Of a DNA stretch of 64,000 bases, positions 48,132-58,160 are shown in pieces; position 1 is the first letter of the stretch, and each line of letters opens with the position of its first letter. The position numbers were made by a program, and so were the translations under genes. Below the pieces are notes generated by a model. That model was not told the DNA's origin. It saw only the letters and a list, made by a program, of their open reading frames with translations, and made no database searches. The stretch is taken from sequence record PZ386947.1. One strand, 5' to 3'. Origin of the DNA: a phage.

Positions 48132-48602
48132 TTAATCATGTTTCCACACCCCATCGGTATTTGACCAAAGCCGCTGATTATCTGATCCTCTCCACAGCTT
48201 TTTGGTCGGAAGATTTTTCTCATACTTCCCATCAATAATAACATCAACATATTTAAGCATTTCTAGTTGTTTAATATCTTCAAACTTATATCCTGTCCAC
48301 AACCAAATGCTTTTATTTGGATAAAGATTTTTTACTGTTTGAACAATGCAATGAATAACATCTCGATTATCAGGATAGAGAGGGTCTCCTCCAGTTATAG
48401 TTAATCCTTCTATATAATCATTATTCAAACATTCAATTAATTGTTCTAGTGTTTCACCAGTAAATGGAATACCATTTCTAGCATTCCATGTTGATTTATT
48501 ATAACACCCTTCGCATTTATGCAAACAACCTGTAACGAAAAGAACGGCCCTGCATCCAGGGCCGTTCACAAAATCGCAAGGATAAAATCTATCATAATTC
48601 AT
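48132..48602 (-). CDS. nrdG: NrdG, anaerobic ribonucleotide reductase activase (radical SAM)
   Basis: 156 aa as T4 NrdG; CxxxCxxC motif CLHKCEGC; ATGA overlap with nrdD. Confidence 0.85.
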   Translation of the reverse strand: MNYDRFYPCDFVNGPGCRAVLFVTGCLHKCEGCYNKSTWNARNGIPFTGETLEQLIECLNNDYIEGLTITGGDPLYPDNRDVIHCIVQTVKNLYPNKSIWLWTGYKFEDIKQLEMLKYVDVIIDGKYEKNLPTKKLWRGSDNQRLWSNTDGVWKHD

Positions 48603-50416
48603 TGGTGTTTAACCCTATGCATGATTTCTTTATTTTTACCGAGATTAAATCCGCGTTCGTTCGGATTTCCCAAATAACCACATGTTCTTCTTATTGTGTT
48701 CATCTTTTTAGGATCAGTTTCTCCACAAATAGAACAAACAAATCCGTTTTCAGTAGGAGTCATTTCATGGGTACTTCCACATGTAAAACATTTATCTACT
48801 GGCATATTAACACCAAAATAATCTAAATGTTGTGCAGCATAATCCCATACGGCCTCAAGACCCTTTAAGTTATTTTTCATATCAGGAAGTTCAACATAAG
48901 AAATGTGACCACCTGTCGCAATGAAATGATATGGCGCTTCACGAGAAATCTTTTCAAACGGAGTAATATTTTCTTCTACTGAAACGTGGAAACTGTTAGT
49001 GTACCAGCCTTTATCGGTAACATCTTTTACACTTCCATATTTTTCTGTATCAAGTTTACAGAAGCGATAACAAAGGTTTTCAGCAGGAGTCGAATATAAA
49101 CTAAAAGCAAATCCAGTTCTTTCAGTCCACTGTTTAAGATGAGCATTCATTTTAGTTAAAATTTCTTGTCCAATATCACGACCGACAAGAATATTCAATT
49201 CGTGAATACCAATGTATCCTAGGGACACTGAACTTCTACCGTTTTTAAATAACTCAATTATGTCGTCATCAGGTTTAAGACGAACCCCGAATGCACCTTC
49301 TTGGTAAAGAATAGGAGCAACAGTAGCTTTAACTCCTTTTAAGGAACTAATTCTACACATCAATGCTTCAAAACATAAATCCATTCGTTCATTGAACAAT
49401 TCAACAAATTTCTGTTCATTGAATTGTGTTCCAATATAAGAATCTAACGCGATGCGAGGAAGATTCAATGTTACAACACCAAGATTATTACGTCCATCAA
49501 GAATTTCATTGCCAGTCGAATCTTTCCATACGCTCAAGAAACTACGGCATCCCATCGGAGAAACAGGAACAGATGAACCAGTGATAGCTTTATTGTTCTT
49601 AGCCGAAATGATGTCAGGATACATTCTTTTGCTTGCGCACTCTAAAGCAAGCTGCTTAATATCATAGTTCGGGTCGTCTTTATAAAGATTAACACCTTCT
49701 TCAACGAACATAACAAGCTTAGGGAAAATAGGAGTTATCCCATCACGACCAAGACCTTTAATACGATTTTTCAGAATTGCTTTCTGAATCATTCGTTCAG
49801 TCCAGTCAGTTCCCGTACCAAATGTAATTGTTACAAAAGGCGTTTGTCCGTTTGAACTAAAGAGAGTATTTACTTCATATTCATAAGCTTGGAATGCATC
49901 GTATACGTCTTTTTCTGTTTTAGATTGAGCATAATTTAACGCATCAGCGATTTGCCATTTTTCTGCATCCTCAATATGTTTTGCATAGGTGCGTTTAACA
50001 TAAGGAGAAAGTACTTTATCTACATTAGCAAAAGTCGTTCCGCCGTATTGATGGGAAGCAACCTGTGCAGTAATTTGTGCCATAATTGCAGTAGCAACAC
50101 CGATTGATTTAGGAGTTTCAATCTGTGCATTACCAAGCTTAAATCCATTCTCAAGCATTCCTTTTAAATCTACTAAACAACAATTAGTAAATGGAAGAGC
50201 AGGGGAATAATCAATATCGTGGAAATGAATAATTCCGCTTTCATGCGCTTTCATAATAAAAGACGGGACCATATTTTTGGCAATGTGTTTAGACACAATA
50301 CCAGCCATAAGGTCCCGTTGAGTTGGAAAAACACGAGAATCTTTATTAGCATTCTCGTTTAAAAGGTCTTTATTAGTTTTATGAATCAATCCTTCAATTT
50401 CTTTTTCAATTGTCAT
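48599..50416 (-). CDS. nrdD: NrdD, anaerobic ribonucleotide reductase, uninterrupted
   Basis: 605 aa continuous ORF; C-terminal glycyl-radical motif RRTCGYLG and zinc site; no intron. Confidence 0.9.
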   Translation of the reverse strand: MTIEKEIEGLIHKTNKDLLNENANKDSRVFPTQRDLMAGIVSKHIAKNMVPSFIMKAHESGIIHFHDIDYSPALPFTNCCLVDLKGMLENGFKLGNAQIETPKSIGVATAIMAQITAQVASHQYGGTTFANVDKVLSPYVKRTYAKHIEDAEKWQIADALNYAQSKTEKDVYDAFQAYEYEVNTLFSSNGQTPFVTITFGTGTDWTERMIQKAILKNRIKGLGRDGITPIFPKLVMFVEEGVNLYKDDPNYDIKQLALECASKRMYPDIISAKNNKAITGSSVPVSPMGCRSFLSVWKDSTGNEILDGRNNLGVVTLNLPRIALDSYIGTQFNEQKFVELFNERMDLCFEALMCRISSLKGVKATVAPILYQEGAFGVRLKPDDDIIELFKNGRSSVSLGYIGIHELNILVGRDIGQEILTKMNAHLKQWTERTGFAFSLYSTPAENLCYRFCKLDTEKYGSVKDVTDKGWYTNSFHVSVEENITPFEKISREAPYHFIATGGHISYVELPDMKNNLKGLEAVWDYAAQHLDYFGVNMPVDKCFTCGSTHEMTPTENGFVCSICGETDPKKMNTIRRTCGYLGNPNERGFNLGKNKEIMHRVKHQ

Positions 50417-50886
50417 TTTAAACTCTTTCTAAGCTGCTTCTTAAATGAAGCTATTAATTGTGTTTTGGTGTCAGATTCATTATATTCAAATCCTCTTTGA
50501 AGCATCTCGGCCATCATTTCCTCTTTTCCTAAACGAGAAAATTCCTTTGTTTTATCTCCAACAAAGTTAGGGTGAATATTATTTTGGGTGTAATCGGATT
50601 TTAAATAAGTAAGTAAATTTTCTAACCATTCAAGATAATCAACACCTTGTCCCTTTAAGCCAGAACGATTAAATTTGTGCTTCATTTGACCTTCTGCGGC
50701 ATTACAGAGATTACAAAGCAATCCACGTACCTTTCCTGCTTTTGGTCCATTTAATTCATGGTCATGATCAAGATGATTAGCTTGAACATCAGGATTTAGT
50801 TCTCGTTGGCAAATTAAGCATTTACCGTTTTGTGCATCATAAAATTTCTGTTTTTCTTCTTTATATAATTTGCCAGTCAATAACAT
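50413..50886 (-). CDS. 49: gp49, endonuclease VII (Holliday junction resolvase)
   Basis: 157 aa as T4 endo VII; sequence recognised; zinc-binding cysteines. Confidence 0.85.
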   Translation of the reverse strand: MLLTGKLYKEEKQKFYDAQNGKCLICQRELNPDVQANHLDHDHELNGPKAGKVRGLLCNLCNAAEGQMKHKFNRSGLKGQGVDYLEWLENLLTYLKSDYTQNNIHPNFVGDKTKEFSRLGKEEMMAEMLQRGFEYNESDTKTQLIASFKKQLRKSLK

Positions 50887-50927
50887 AATAAACCCTTACC
50901 TTAAATAGATAAGGGTATTTATTATTT

Positions 50928-51413
50928 TCAAGTATTGTAAAACATTTGATGCAATCGCTTATATTGCCGAATCTTTTGGTCAGAAAAAGAAATTTGGGTT
51001 TCAAGCCATTCAATATATTCTGCCGCAGCTTGCATCAAATTTCCTTCATAGCCATCGTTATTTTCTTGTGCAGCTAATTTAGCTAATGCGTATGAAATAC
51101 GTTCACCCTGAAAATCGGCTTTAGGCTTCTGAACAACTTGATTAGTTCGCTCTACAACTTCTTCAATTTCGCCATTTTCGACTGATTCAGTATTCCACAA
51201 ACACCAATACGTAATTGGCTTATCGTAGATGTTAATAATCTTTCCATCAGAAAGTTCAATTTCAATAATTCCAGTATCAGGTTCTATATCATCTTCACAT
51301 TCTTTTGCAAGTTCACGAACCTTAAAGACAGTACCTGCACTAAGTTCCGGCCAGTAATTACACAGCCCTGTATCAGCACGATTAATTCTAAACCACTTAT
51401 CTACTGTAATCAT
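50928..51413 (-). CDS. pin: Pin-like protein (inhibitor of host Lon protease), 161 aa
   Basis: ATG 51411-51413 after SD GGAGATGGGAC; size and position as T4 pin; sequence not independently recognised. Confidence 0.45.
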   Translation of the reverse strand: MITVDKWFRINRADTGLCNYWPELSAGTVFKVRELAKECEDDIEPDTGIIEIELSDGKIINIYDKPITYWCLWNTESVENGEIEEVVERTNQVVQKPKADFQGERISYALAKLAAQENNDGYEGNLMQAAAEYIEWLETQISFSDQKIRQYKRLHQMFYNT

Positions 51414-51536
51414 GTCCCATCTCCATATCAATTAAGTCATTTATCGTTGGTTCATTATATACTGTTTCTTCATCAGTGTAAACCGGTTCTTCCGGCTCTG
51501 GCTCTACAGTTTCCCATCTAGCCGCCCACCAAGGTT

Positions 51537-51857
51537 TTATAGCGTAATCCATTCTCGTACTGTCTGAGTTACTACACGTTCATGGGGCTCGACTAGTTCA
51601 ACAGTCGGAACTGCATAATACCAGTCAGAATGATAAGAACCTGACCGAGATTCATTTACCGCTACATGTACATTATGTTTTGGACTAAAGTAAACAAACT
51701 GACGATATTGGCATTTACCATCTTGCACCCAGTCTTCTATTTCGATAGGTTTAAGATAGTCGGAAAAATCGAAATCATAGTTTTCCGAAAATGCATCATG
51801 GTCTTCAATGATTTCGCTCAGAACTGCATCAACATCTAATTTATTTTCAATAGTCAT
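51537..51857 (-). CDS. hypothetical protein (106 aa)
   Basis: ORF track; ATG 51855-51857. Confidence 0.5.
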   Translation of the reverse strand: MTIENKLDVDAVLSEIIEDHDAFSENYDFDFSDYLKPIEIEDWVQDGKCQYRQFVYFSPKHNVHVAVNESRSGSYHSDWYYAVPTVELVEPHERVVTQTVREWITL

Positions 51858-51867
51858 TTTTCACCAA

Positions 51868-52038
51868 TTAATTTCGCAATTTATTAAGTTCTTCATAATC
51901 AATCCAGGATTCTAATCCTGATGGCAAATCACATTCAATTTCCCAAAGAAGTTCTTCAATTTTATGAAGACGATCTAGTTCTTCAGCAGGAATAGTAACC
52001 ATTGACGGAGCTCTTGCTACATTAATATCGTAAATCAT
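51868..52038 (-). CDS. small hypothetical protein (56 aa; alternative GTG start at 52077)
   Basis: ATG 52036-52038 two nt after upstream stop; track ORF starts at GTG. Confidence 0.4.
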   Translation of the reverse strand: MIYDINVARAPSMVTIPAEELDRLHKIEELLWEIECDLPSGLESWIDYEELNKLRN

Positions 52039-52040
52039 AT

Positions 52041-52256
52041 TTACACCAGTTTGACCATACAATCGCCGTATTTCCACTTAGAAATAGACTTTTCACCATT
52101 AGAATAATAAACTTCAAGTTTAGCACGATTATTTTTAATTTGAATAACCTTTGCTGTCATCAAAGTTCCATACCCATAATAAACTGCAACTTCATCACCT
52201 ACATATACAGCGCTTCCGCGGTAATCGTGAATATAGTCAGTTCCTTCGAGCATCAT
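52041..52256 (-). CDS. hypothetical protein (71 aa)
   Basis: ORF track; ATG overlaps nrdC stop. Confidence 0.45.
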   Translation of the reverse strand: MMLEGTDYIHDYRGSAVYVGDEVAVYYGYGTLMTAKVIQIKNNRAKLEVYYSNGEKSISKWKYGDCMVKLV

Positions 52257-52516
52257 TTAAAATATTCTCGCAGTTGGTCAAATCCACCAATATGACTTCC
52301 ATCAGGAGCAAATACCTGAGGCATTGTCAAGCCGATTTGAGTATCACGACCTAGTTTAGTCAGAAGCTCAGCGATTTTCTCATCATCAAAAACACCTTTT
52401 TCCGGCATAATGTTGATAAATTCAAACGGCTGTTTCTTCACGGTCAAAAGACGTTTTGCATTATCGCAATACACACATTTATGAATGTTGCTATCATAAC
52501 CATATACTTTAAACAT
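52253..52516 (-). CDS. nrdC: NrdC thioredoxin/glutaredoxin
   Basis: 87 aa as T4 NrdC; redox motif CVYC; SD AAGGAATAAT. Confidence 0.75.
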   Translation of the reverse strand: MFKVYGYDSNIHKCVYCDNAKRLLTVKKQPFEFINIMPEKGVFDDEKIAELLTKLGRDTQIGLTMPQVFAPDGSHIGGFDQLREYFK

Positions 52517-52517
52517 A

Positions 52518-52760
52518 TTATTCCTTAATTCCTAGTACTTGTTTAAAAGTCTCGTCGTAATCAAGACTTTGGCCCGTTTGTTCTTTATGTTTGTATATAA
52601 TATCACTTACTTCTGATAGCATATTTTTATATGAACGAGTTAAAGCAGATTTAAGCACGCTGTATCTATCAGGAAATTTACCATGTTCATTATAATAAGC
52701 TATTGCTAATTCATGGACTGCCTTTTCAGCAGCCTCCATATATTCTTTACGCTTGGTCAT
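52518..52760 (-). CDS. hypothetical protein (80 aa)
   Basis: ORF track. Confidence 0.45.
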   Translation of the reverse strand: MTKRKEYMEAAEKAVHELAIAYYNEHGKFPDRYSVLKSALTRSYKNMLSEVSDIIYKHKEQTGQSLDYDETFKQVLGIKE

Positions 52761-52762
52761 TT

Positions 52763-53152
52763 TTAATCCAAAATATTATTAGGCATTGGTTGAACACTCA
52801 CAAGTTCTTTAAAGAACTCAGTAGAGTCAGGCAATTTAACCATTTCCGGAGCATGCTTACTGAATTTATGTTTACATTGACGGCATTTATATTCAAGCTC
52901 TGGTTTACGCCAGTTAATCAATTGAACTTGTTCAGTACCGCATTCAGGGCAATTAGGAACGTTTTTAGAAGCTCTTTCACGTCGTTCAACCATAGCCATA
53001 ATAGCATCCCATGCTGGAGGTTTAAAATCTAAATCGTCGCAGCCGTGAATCTTTCCACGCATTTCCATATCATCTTCCTCACCAGCCATAATAATTTTAA
53101 TTAGACTAGAATTACTTGAAGCTGCAATATCTTCTAATAAACGCTTTTTCAT
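52763..53152 (-). CDS. C4 zinc-ribbon protein (129 aa)
   Basis: ORF track; CPECG...CRQC motif. Confidence 0.5.
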   Translation of the reverse strand: MKKRLLEDIAASSNSSLIKIIMAGEEDDMEMRGKIHGCDDLDFKPPAWDAIMAMVERRERASKNVPNCPECGTEQVQLINWRKPELEYKCRQCKHKFSKHAPEMVKLPDSTEFFKELVSVQPMPNNILD

Positions 53153-54075
53153 TTCAGTACCTCAATAGCATCACGTAAACCATTTGCTTTGGCGGTTAAA
53201 GCCTTAAGAACTTTAGTATGCTCTTCAATTTGTTTTTCAACTTCAATCAAACGAGCATTGAGATATTCGCGTTCTTCTTTCATAGTATCATTTCCATGAT
53301 TAGATTTTGGTGTAGGTTTAAATTCACTAGGGTCCTTTAATTTAATAACAAATTTAGTTTCAAACAGTGAAAGACCATAATTCGTATTATCATCAAAGGA
53401 TTTGACTACATCCATATCAGATAATAACACGCGCAAATTATAAGCCAAAGAACTAATAGTTTCATTGTGTTTATTAGCTTCGCGTGGTTTCATATACGGA
53501 AGATTTTTATATATCTCATGCGGAGCGCAAACGATAATTGACAATTCAAATTGTCCATTCTGGGACGATGGAATGAATTTAGCCGTAACCCAGTCTTTTA
53601 CATTCACATTAATAGTACGGTTATCACCATGACAAAACAGTCTACGAGAATGCTTAAAAAGCATATTCACGTTATTATTGAATTCGTGTGAAAATTCACT
53701 AGCAAATTTTTCTTTACTATCTTTAGAAAACCATTCTTCTAAATAAGTTCTTTTCACATCGTTAATAATATTAAATGTAACAACACTAGCATTTGATACA
53801 TTAGTCTCAATGTAGCTTGGATACATAAATTTTTTAACATTATTAACAGCTATCACAGAAGATAGTAATCGGGAACGTTTGAACCACTCGAGCAAAGAAC
53901 CAAGAGAATGTGAATACGCATTTTGTGTATCTTTACAAATATGGTTTTCCCATCCAATATAGTCTAAAAAATCACGAAGAATATTATTGATTACTGCTCT
54001 GTGTCCTATCTGATAATCACGATGTTTAGTAATAAGACTGTCAAAATAATCAATATAATGTTTACGAGTTTTCAT
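53149..54075 (-). CDS. hypothetical protein (308 aa) with C-terminal coiled coil; first of a tandem array
   Basis: ORF track; SD GTGAGAAGAAC; heptad-like C-terminal 45 aa. Confidence 0.55.
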   Translation of the reverse strand: MKTRKHYIDYFDSLITKHRDYQIGHRAVINNILRDFLDYIGWENHICKDTQNAYSHSLGSLLEWFKRSRLLSSVIAVNNVKKFMYPSYIETNVSNASVVTFNIINDVKRTYLEEWFSKDSKEKFASEFSHEFNNNVNMLFKHSRRLFCHGDNRTINVNVKDWVTAKFIPSSQNGQFELSIIVCAPHEIYKNLPYMKPREANKHNETISSLAYNLRVLLSDMDVVKSFDDNTNYGLSLFETKFVIKLKDPSEFKPTPKSNHGNDTMKEEREYLNARLIEVEKQIEEHTKVLKALTAKANGLRDAIEVLK

Positions 54076-54129
54076 GTTCTTCTCACTTGGTTAATGATTT
54101 ATACTCCGAGCCATCCTTGGCTTTAAATT

Positions 54130-55128
54130 TTACTTAATTAACTGTAAAGCTTGTTCAAGACGATCCAAGCGATTGACAGATTCTTCCCAAATCCTTTTAG
54201 CCTGCTCATATTCTTTCTGCGCTTTATTAGAAATTTCTAGAACTTCTTTATAAGCTTTTTCTAATGCAATAACTTCTGGACGAATTTCTACCGGTTCAGG
54301 TGAATCATCAAGACATTCCATTAGTTCCTCAAGGGTAGTTTCTTCTTTAGGAGTATTCACAATTTCATCACATTTTTGTTGGTAAATTTCTTTACTAGTA
54401 GGTGAATAAGTACATTTCACTTCACGAAGACTAACTACAATTTTATATCCTTCCCAACCGCATATATTCTTAAAAGGATATGTATGAATATTTTCTACTG
54501 TTTCCATACAGCCCAAAACCGCCTTTAATTGATAAGTTATAGTGCTAGCAATTGAGAAAAATTTATTAATATTCTTTTGGTTAGCGTTTGGTGTAAAAAA
54601 TCCATAATTCACAAAAATAGCTACTTTATTTTCATCAAGCTCATATTCTTTTACGATAATCATATCAGAAGCCAAAGGATGAATTTGACGATAATCGCCA
54701 TAACATAATTTAGAAGCTGATTTTAGAATTTGTCCTTTGAAAAGTCTGAAATTACTAATCCAACGACGAGTAAAAATATTCTCAGGGGCTTCTTTATTAA
54801 GATGATAAGAATTAACATCACCGAACCAATTATATCCTACTACATCTTTAGTTCGTTTAATTTCTTTCCCAAATTTACTAAGAATATCTCTGTTGACTAA
54901 GTATGAAAGAAGACGAGACCCTTTAAAGGTTTTCTTAATGTCATCTTTATCTACACGGCTAGAAATTTCACGAACTTCATGAATAAATTTGCCGGAAGAA
55001 ACAATACTTGCATCAGTATTATTGAGCCATTGATTGATAATAGAAATCACACTATTCTTACTAGACATAGGTTTAACTTTATCATCAATAACGCTATTGA
55101 ATGATTTGATATATTCGTTACGAGTCAT
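54130..55128 (-). CDS. hypothetical protein (332 aa) with C-terminal coiled coil
   Basis: ATG 55126-55128 after SD CTGAGGAGATTATT; track ORF reads through promoter. Confidence 0.55.
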   Translation of the reverse strand: MTRNEYIKSFNSVIDDKVKPMSSKNSVISIINQWLNNTDASIVSSGKFIHEVREISSRVDKDDIKKTFKGSRLLSYLVNRDILSKFGKEIKRTKDVVGYNWFGDVNSYHLNKEAPENIFTRRWISNFRLFKGQILKSASKLCYGDYRQIHPLASDMIIVKEYELDENKVAIFVNYGFFTPNANQKNINKFFSIASTITYQLKAVLGCMETVENIHTYPFKNICGWEGYKIVVSLREVKCTYSPTSKEIYQQKCDEIVNTPKEETTLEELMECLDDSPEPVEIRPEVIALEKAYKEVLEISNKAQKEYEQAKRIWEESVNRLDRLEQALQLIK

Positions 55129-55156
55129 AATAATCTCCTCAGTAGAAAGTAAGAAC

Positions 55157-55186
55157 ATTATACCACATCCTTGTGGCAAAGTAAAC
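55157..55186 (-). promoter_or_regulatory. T4-type early promoter
   Basis: GTTTAC, 18 nt, TGG TATAAT. Confidence 0.5.
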
Positions 55187-56205
55187 TAGTTCAGTGCATT
55201 TAGTGCATTGTTCAGTTTAGAACGTTGCTTCGTGAGATTTTTGACTTTTTCTTGAGCTTTTTCTAGCATCTTTTCAGCTTCTAGCACTTCATTGGTCGCT
55301 TTAACGAGTTCATCATCTACTGCCTTGATAGACTTCTCAATCGCATCCGCGTGCCATTTTTCAACAGGTTTAAGACTCGGATTTTCAATAGGAAGAAAAT
55401 TCACTTTATTGAATTTCCATGCATCTTTATTACCTGAACTATACATCCAAAATTTAGGATCGTTTGATGAGTAATTAGATGAATTTAAGTTATCTTGCAC
55501 TTCTTGCTTTTTCTCTTGCGGGACTTCGTCCTTTCTCAAAAAATCGTATTTAAATGAAACGATCATATCAAGTTCATATGTTGTTGTATGTTCCCAATTT
55601 CGCTCAAAACGAGGTAAAATCTTAGAATGAACAGCGGCAACAACATCCATATACTTAAATGCTTCTGTCAACTGCGATTTAAGGCATTCGCAAATTGAAA
55701 GAGAATTTTTTGTATTAGGTTTAAAGCTAATTCGTGCAGTTCTATTATTTTCTTTTAATGGTCTTACTTCCATCTGAAGAGTATAACCATCAAATTTCAG
55801 GTTCTTTAAGTTAATATCAGAACCTTTTAATCGACTAGCCGTCGACAAAATTTGCTTTAATTGTTTACGGAATAGAGCAATAAATCTCCATTCAATACGA
55901 TAATGATTTGGATTGAAAAATCCAGATGATAAATCGACCTTACTCTGACCAACACCTTGAACAAACAGAGGATTTTTATAATCAATAGTTTTACAGAAAT
56001 CGGTGAGCTGCTCACGAGCAGTCATTTGTGTAATATATCCCGCTTTACTAAAATGACGTAACCATTCACTGCTATTCATATACTTAAAGTGAATGGAACT
56101 ATTAACTCTATCAGGGTCTAAATTATTTTGGCACAAAAATGTCATAACATCACGAGTATAGCTGGCATTACGAACCATATCTTCAATTTGAGAACGAGTT
56201 TTCAT
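55186..56205 (-). CDS. hypothetical protein (339 aa) with C-terminal coiled coil
   Basis: ORF track; ATG 56203-56205. Confidence 0.55.
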   Translation of the reverse strand: MKTRSQIEDMVRNASYTRDVMTFLCQNNLDPDRVNSSIHFKYMNSSEWLRHFSKAGYITQMTAREQLTDFCKTIDYKNPLFVQGVGQSKVDLSSGFFNPNHYRIEWRFIALFRKQLKQILSTASRLKGSDINLKNLKFDGYTLQMEVRPLKENNRTARISFKPNTKNSLSICECLKSQLTEAFKYMDVVAAVHSKILPRFERNWEHTTTYELDMIVSFKYDFLRKDEVPQEKKQEVQDNLNSSNYSSNDPKFWMYSSGNKDAWKFNKVNFLPIENPSLKPVEKWHADAIEKSIKAVDDELVKATNEVLEAEKMLEKAQEKVKNLTKQRSKLNNALNALN

Positions 56206-56213
56206 AGTGTTCC

Positions 56214-57101
56214 TTAAGATTTAAGTAAATCAACAATTTTAATTAATTTTTCACGCTCAGATTTAGCTTTACTACTCAATCCAGATAGTCTGAAAATTTC
56301 ATCGTCATATTGTTGAATAGAAATATTCAGCTCTTCAATTTGCTTATTAAAATAATCAATTTGTTCAGAATGTTTTTCGTTACTACGAACTGGTACAGGT
56401 TTTGTAGGCAATTTAGTTGAACTGGATTCATCCGGGCGATAAATTAAAATACAACTTGAACCAATAGGGCATTTAGCACCAGATGAATATTCTAACGTTC
56501 CAGCTTCTTTTAAAACTTCAAAAGCTAAACAGAGATGATGCCCCATATTAACATAATCTGTAGAGCGAGCTCTGATATAATAATCATCGCCGCGAATACT
56601 AAATTTAAAGCATTTAAGGTCTTCTGTATTATTGGTCTTAAAAATCATTTGTTTATCTAGACCTTTAGCTAATCGAGCGCCTAATGCTAATAATCGTCGT
56701 TGATTTTCCCACAAATCCGCAATCATTTGATCGAATGATAATTTCGGCATTAGTCGACCATAAAGGTCATATCCTTTATTATAATTGCGAAGGATTTCAC
56801 TCGCATTAATACGAGACAACGCTCCAATTTTATTAAGGGCTTTCATAATGCGATTAGATAAACCCATTCCAGACCCGTTTGTTCGTTGTAAATGTTTATC
56901 TAATCCAAACCCAATATCAACTTTAAATTTATCTAAAATTTCAGCATGAACATCTCTGTCAATAACATTCAAATCCAAAGTTGGGTTAAATCTATGAAAA
57001 AATTTATCTGGCTCTCCACGACGAAGTACAGTCCATTCATTTAATTTTTTATTAACTAAAGATTTAATTACTGCATTGACATTATTAATTACTACTGACA
57101 T
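56214..57101 (-). CDS. hypothetical protein (295 aa) with C-terminal coiled coil
   Basis: ATG 57099-57101 after SD GAGTGAGAAAAAT; track start is upstream TTG. Confidence 0.5.
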   Translation of the reverse strand: MSVVINNVNAVIKSLVNKKLNEWTVLRRGEPDKFFHRFNPTLDLNVIDRDVHAEILDKFKVDIGFGLDKHLQRTNGSGMGLSNRIMKALNKIGALSRINASEILRNYNKGYDLYGRLMPKLSFDQMIADLWENQRRLLALGARLAKGLDKQMIFKTNNTEDLKCFKFSIRGDDYYIRARSTDYVNMGHHLCLAFEVLKEAGTLEYSSGAKCPIGSSCILIYRPDESSSTKLPTKPVPVRSNEKHSEQIDYFNKQIEELNISIQQYDDEIFRLSGLSSKAKSEREKLIKIVDLLKS

Positions 57102-57112
57102 ATTTTTCTCAC

Positions 57113-57517
57113 TCAATTTTCAATTTTACTAAATACACAGAATATGATGGAAAAGACTATATAAGCACAACACACAGATTGAACTAATACCATTCCAAAG
57201 AACCAAACAATATTATCAAACAATGTCTGTTTTACGTCGAAAGGACGTAAACTTACAGTAATATTATCGCCTTTTTCTATTGATGAATACATCTCTGGTG
57301 AAATATATTCGCTAAATCTATAACCGTCATTGAGTTCATATACGGCAATAAACGATAAACTAGACCCCTTTCCTTGAGTTCCTGTAAGGGTATTAACTAC
57401 AGTAACATCATAATCTTTATAATGCATATAATCATTAATTGCGTAATAACCATATGCAACTACTACACATAAACAACATATCAATAAATTCAATCTTTTA
57501 ATTATCAACTGTTTCAT
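57113..57517 (-). CDS. membrane protein (134 aa), two TM helices flanking a periplasmic domain
   Basis: ORF track; hydrophobic N- and C-terminal segments. Confidence 0.5.
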   Translation of the reverse strand: MKQLIIKRLNLLICCLCVVVAYGYYAINDYMHYKDYDVTVVNTLTGTQGKGSSLSFIAVYELNDGYRFSEYISPEMYSSIEKGDNITVSLRPFDVKQTLFDNIVWFFGMVLVQSVCCAYIVFSIIFCVFSKIEN

Positions 57518-57572
57518 AATAATCTCAATTAAAAGGGCTTAGAACCATTATACCATCCTTGGTATAAAGCGG

Positions 57573-58100
57573 TTATGCGAGTACCGTCTTTAACCGTTCT
57601 TCAAACTTCCGAAGAGTATTCTGGCGTTCAGCTCTTTGCTTTTTGTAAGTTTCAATACGCTCTGAAATGAGAGTGTATCGTTCATTTACTGATTCTTTCA
57701 TAAAATCAGGAATTTCACGAGAAGCTTTAATCTCATCAAATTTATCAATAACAGCTTGCTCTTCAGCAATTAAGTTATCATACATCAAAATATCTTTCTT
57801 GATGAACTCAATATCTTCTTGAGTTACACGAGATAACTTAGATGCTTTATCCTTTTTGTACTGTTCGTTAGTATCACGAGACCAGTGTAATGTACGATTT
57901 TTATTCGTATTCTTGTAAATTTCTACAATACCAATCTCATCAATAATAACGATCCAATTCCAACGAGATTTGTAAATTTGTCCTCCGTCAACCGTGATTT
58001 CACCTCCGATTGAGATGTCATTAAAGAACTTGCTTTGTGCTTCTGATTTAAATTTACCATCGTTGTAATTTACCAGGTTGAAAATATCTTTAGCGTTCAT
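57573..58100 (-). CDS. hypothetical protein (175 aa) with C-terminal coiled coil
   Basis: ATG 58098-58100 after SD ACGGAGGAACACAAA; track ORF reads through promoter/leader. Confidence 0.5.
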   Translation of the reverse strand: MNAKDIFNLVNYNDGKFKSEAQSKFFNDISIGGEITVDGGQIYKSRWNWIVIIDEIGIVEIYKNTNKNRTLHWSRDTNEQYKKDKASKLSRVTQEDIEFIKKDILMYDNLIAEEQAVIDKFDEIKASREIPDFMKESVNERYTLISERIETYKKQRAERQNTLRKFEERLKTVLA

Positions 58101-58128
58101 TTTGTGTTCCTCCGTAGTTGATAGTTGT

Positions 58129-58158
58129 ATAGTACCACAGAGGAACGGTCTTGTAAAC
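58129..58158 (-). promoter_or_regulatory. T4-type early promoter
   Basis: GTTTAC, 18 nt, TGG TACTAT; leader nearly identical to the one at 5419-5447. Confidence 0.5.
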
Positions 58159-58160
58159 AA

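Noticed and set aside
48602-49667. Plus-strand ORFs inside nrdD
   Set aside because: They are antisense to a highly conserved gene.
48599-50416. Search for a group I intron or intron-encoded endonuclease in nrdD
   Set aside because: The 605-aa reading frame is continuous and full length, so no intron is present.
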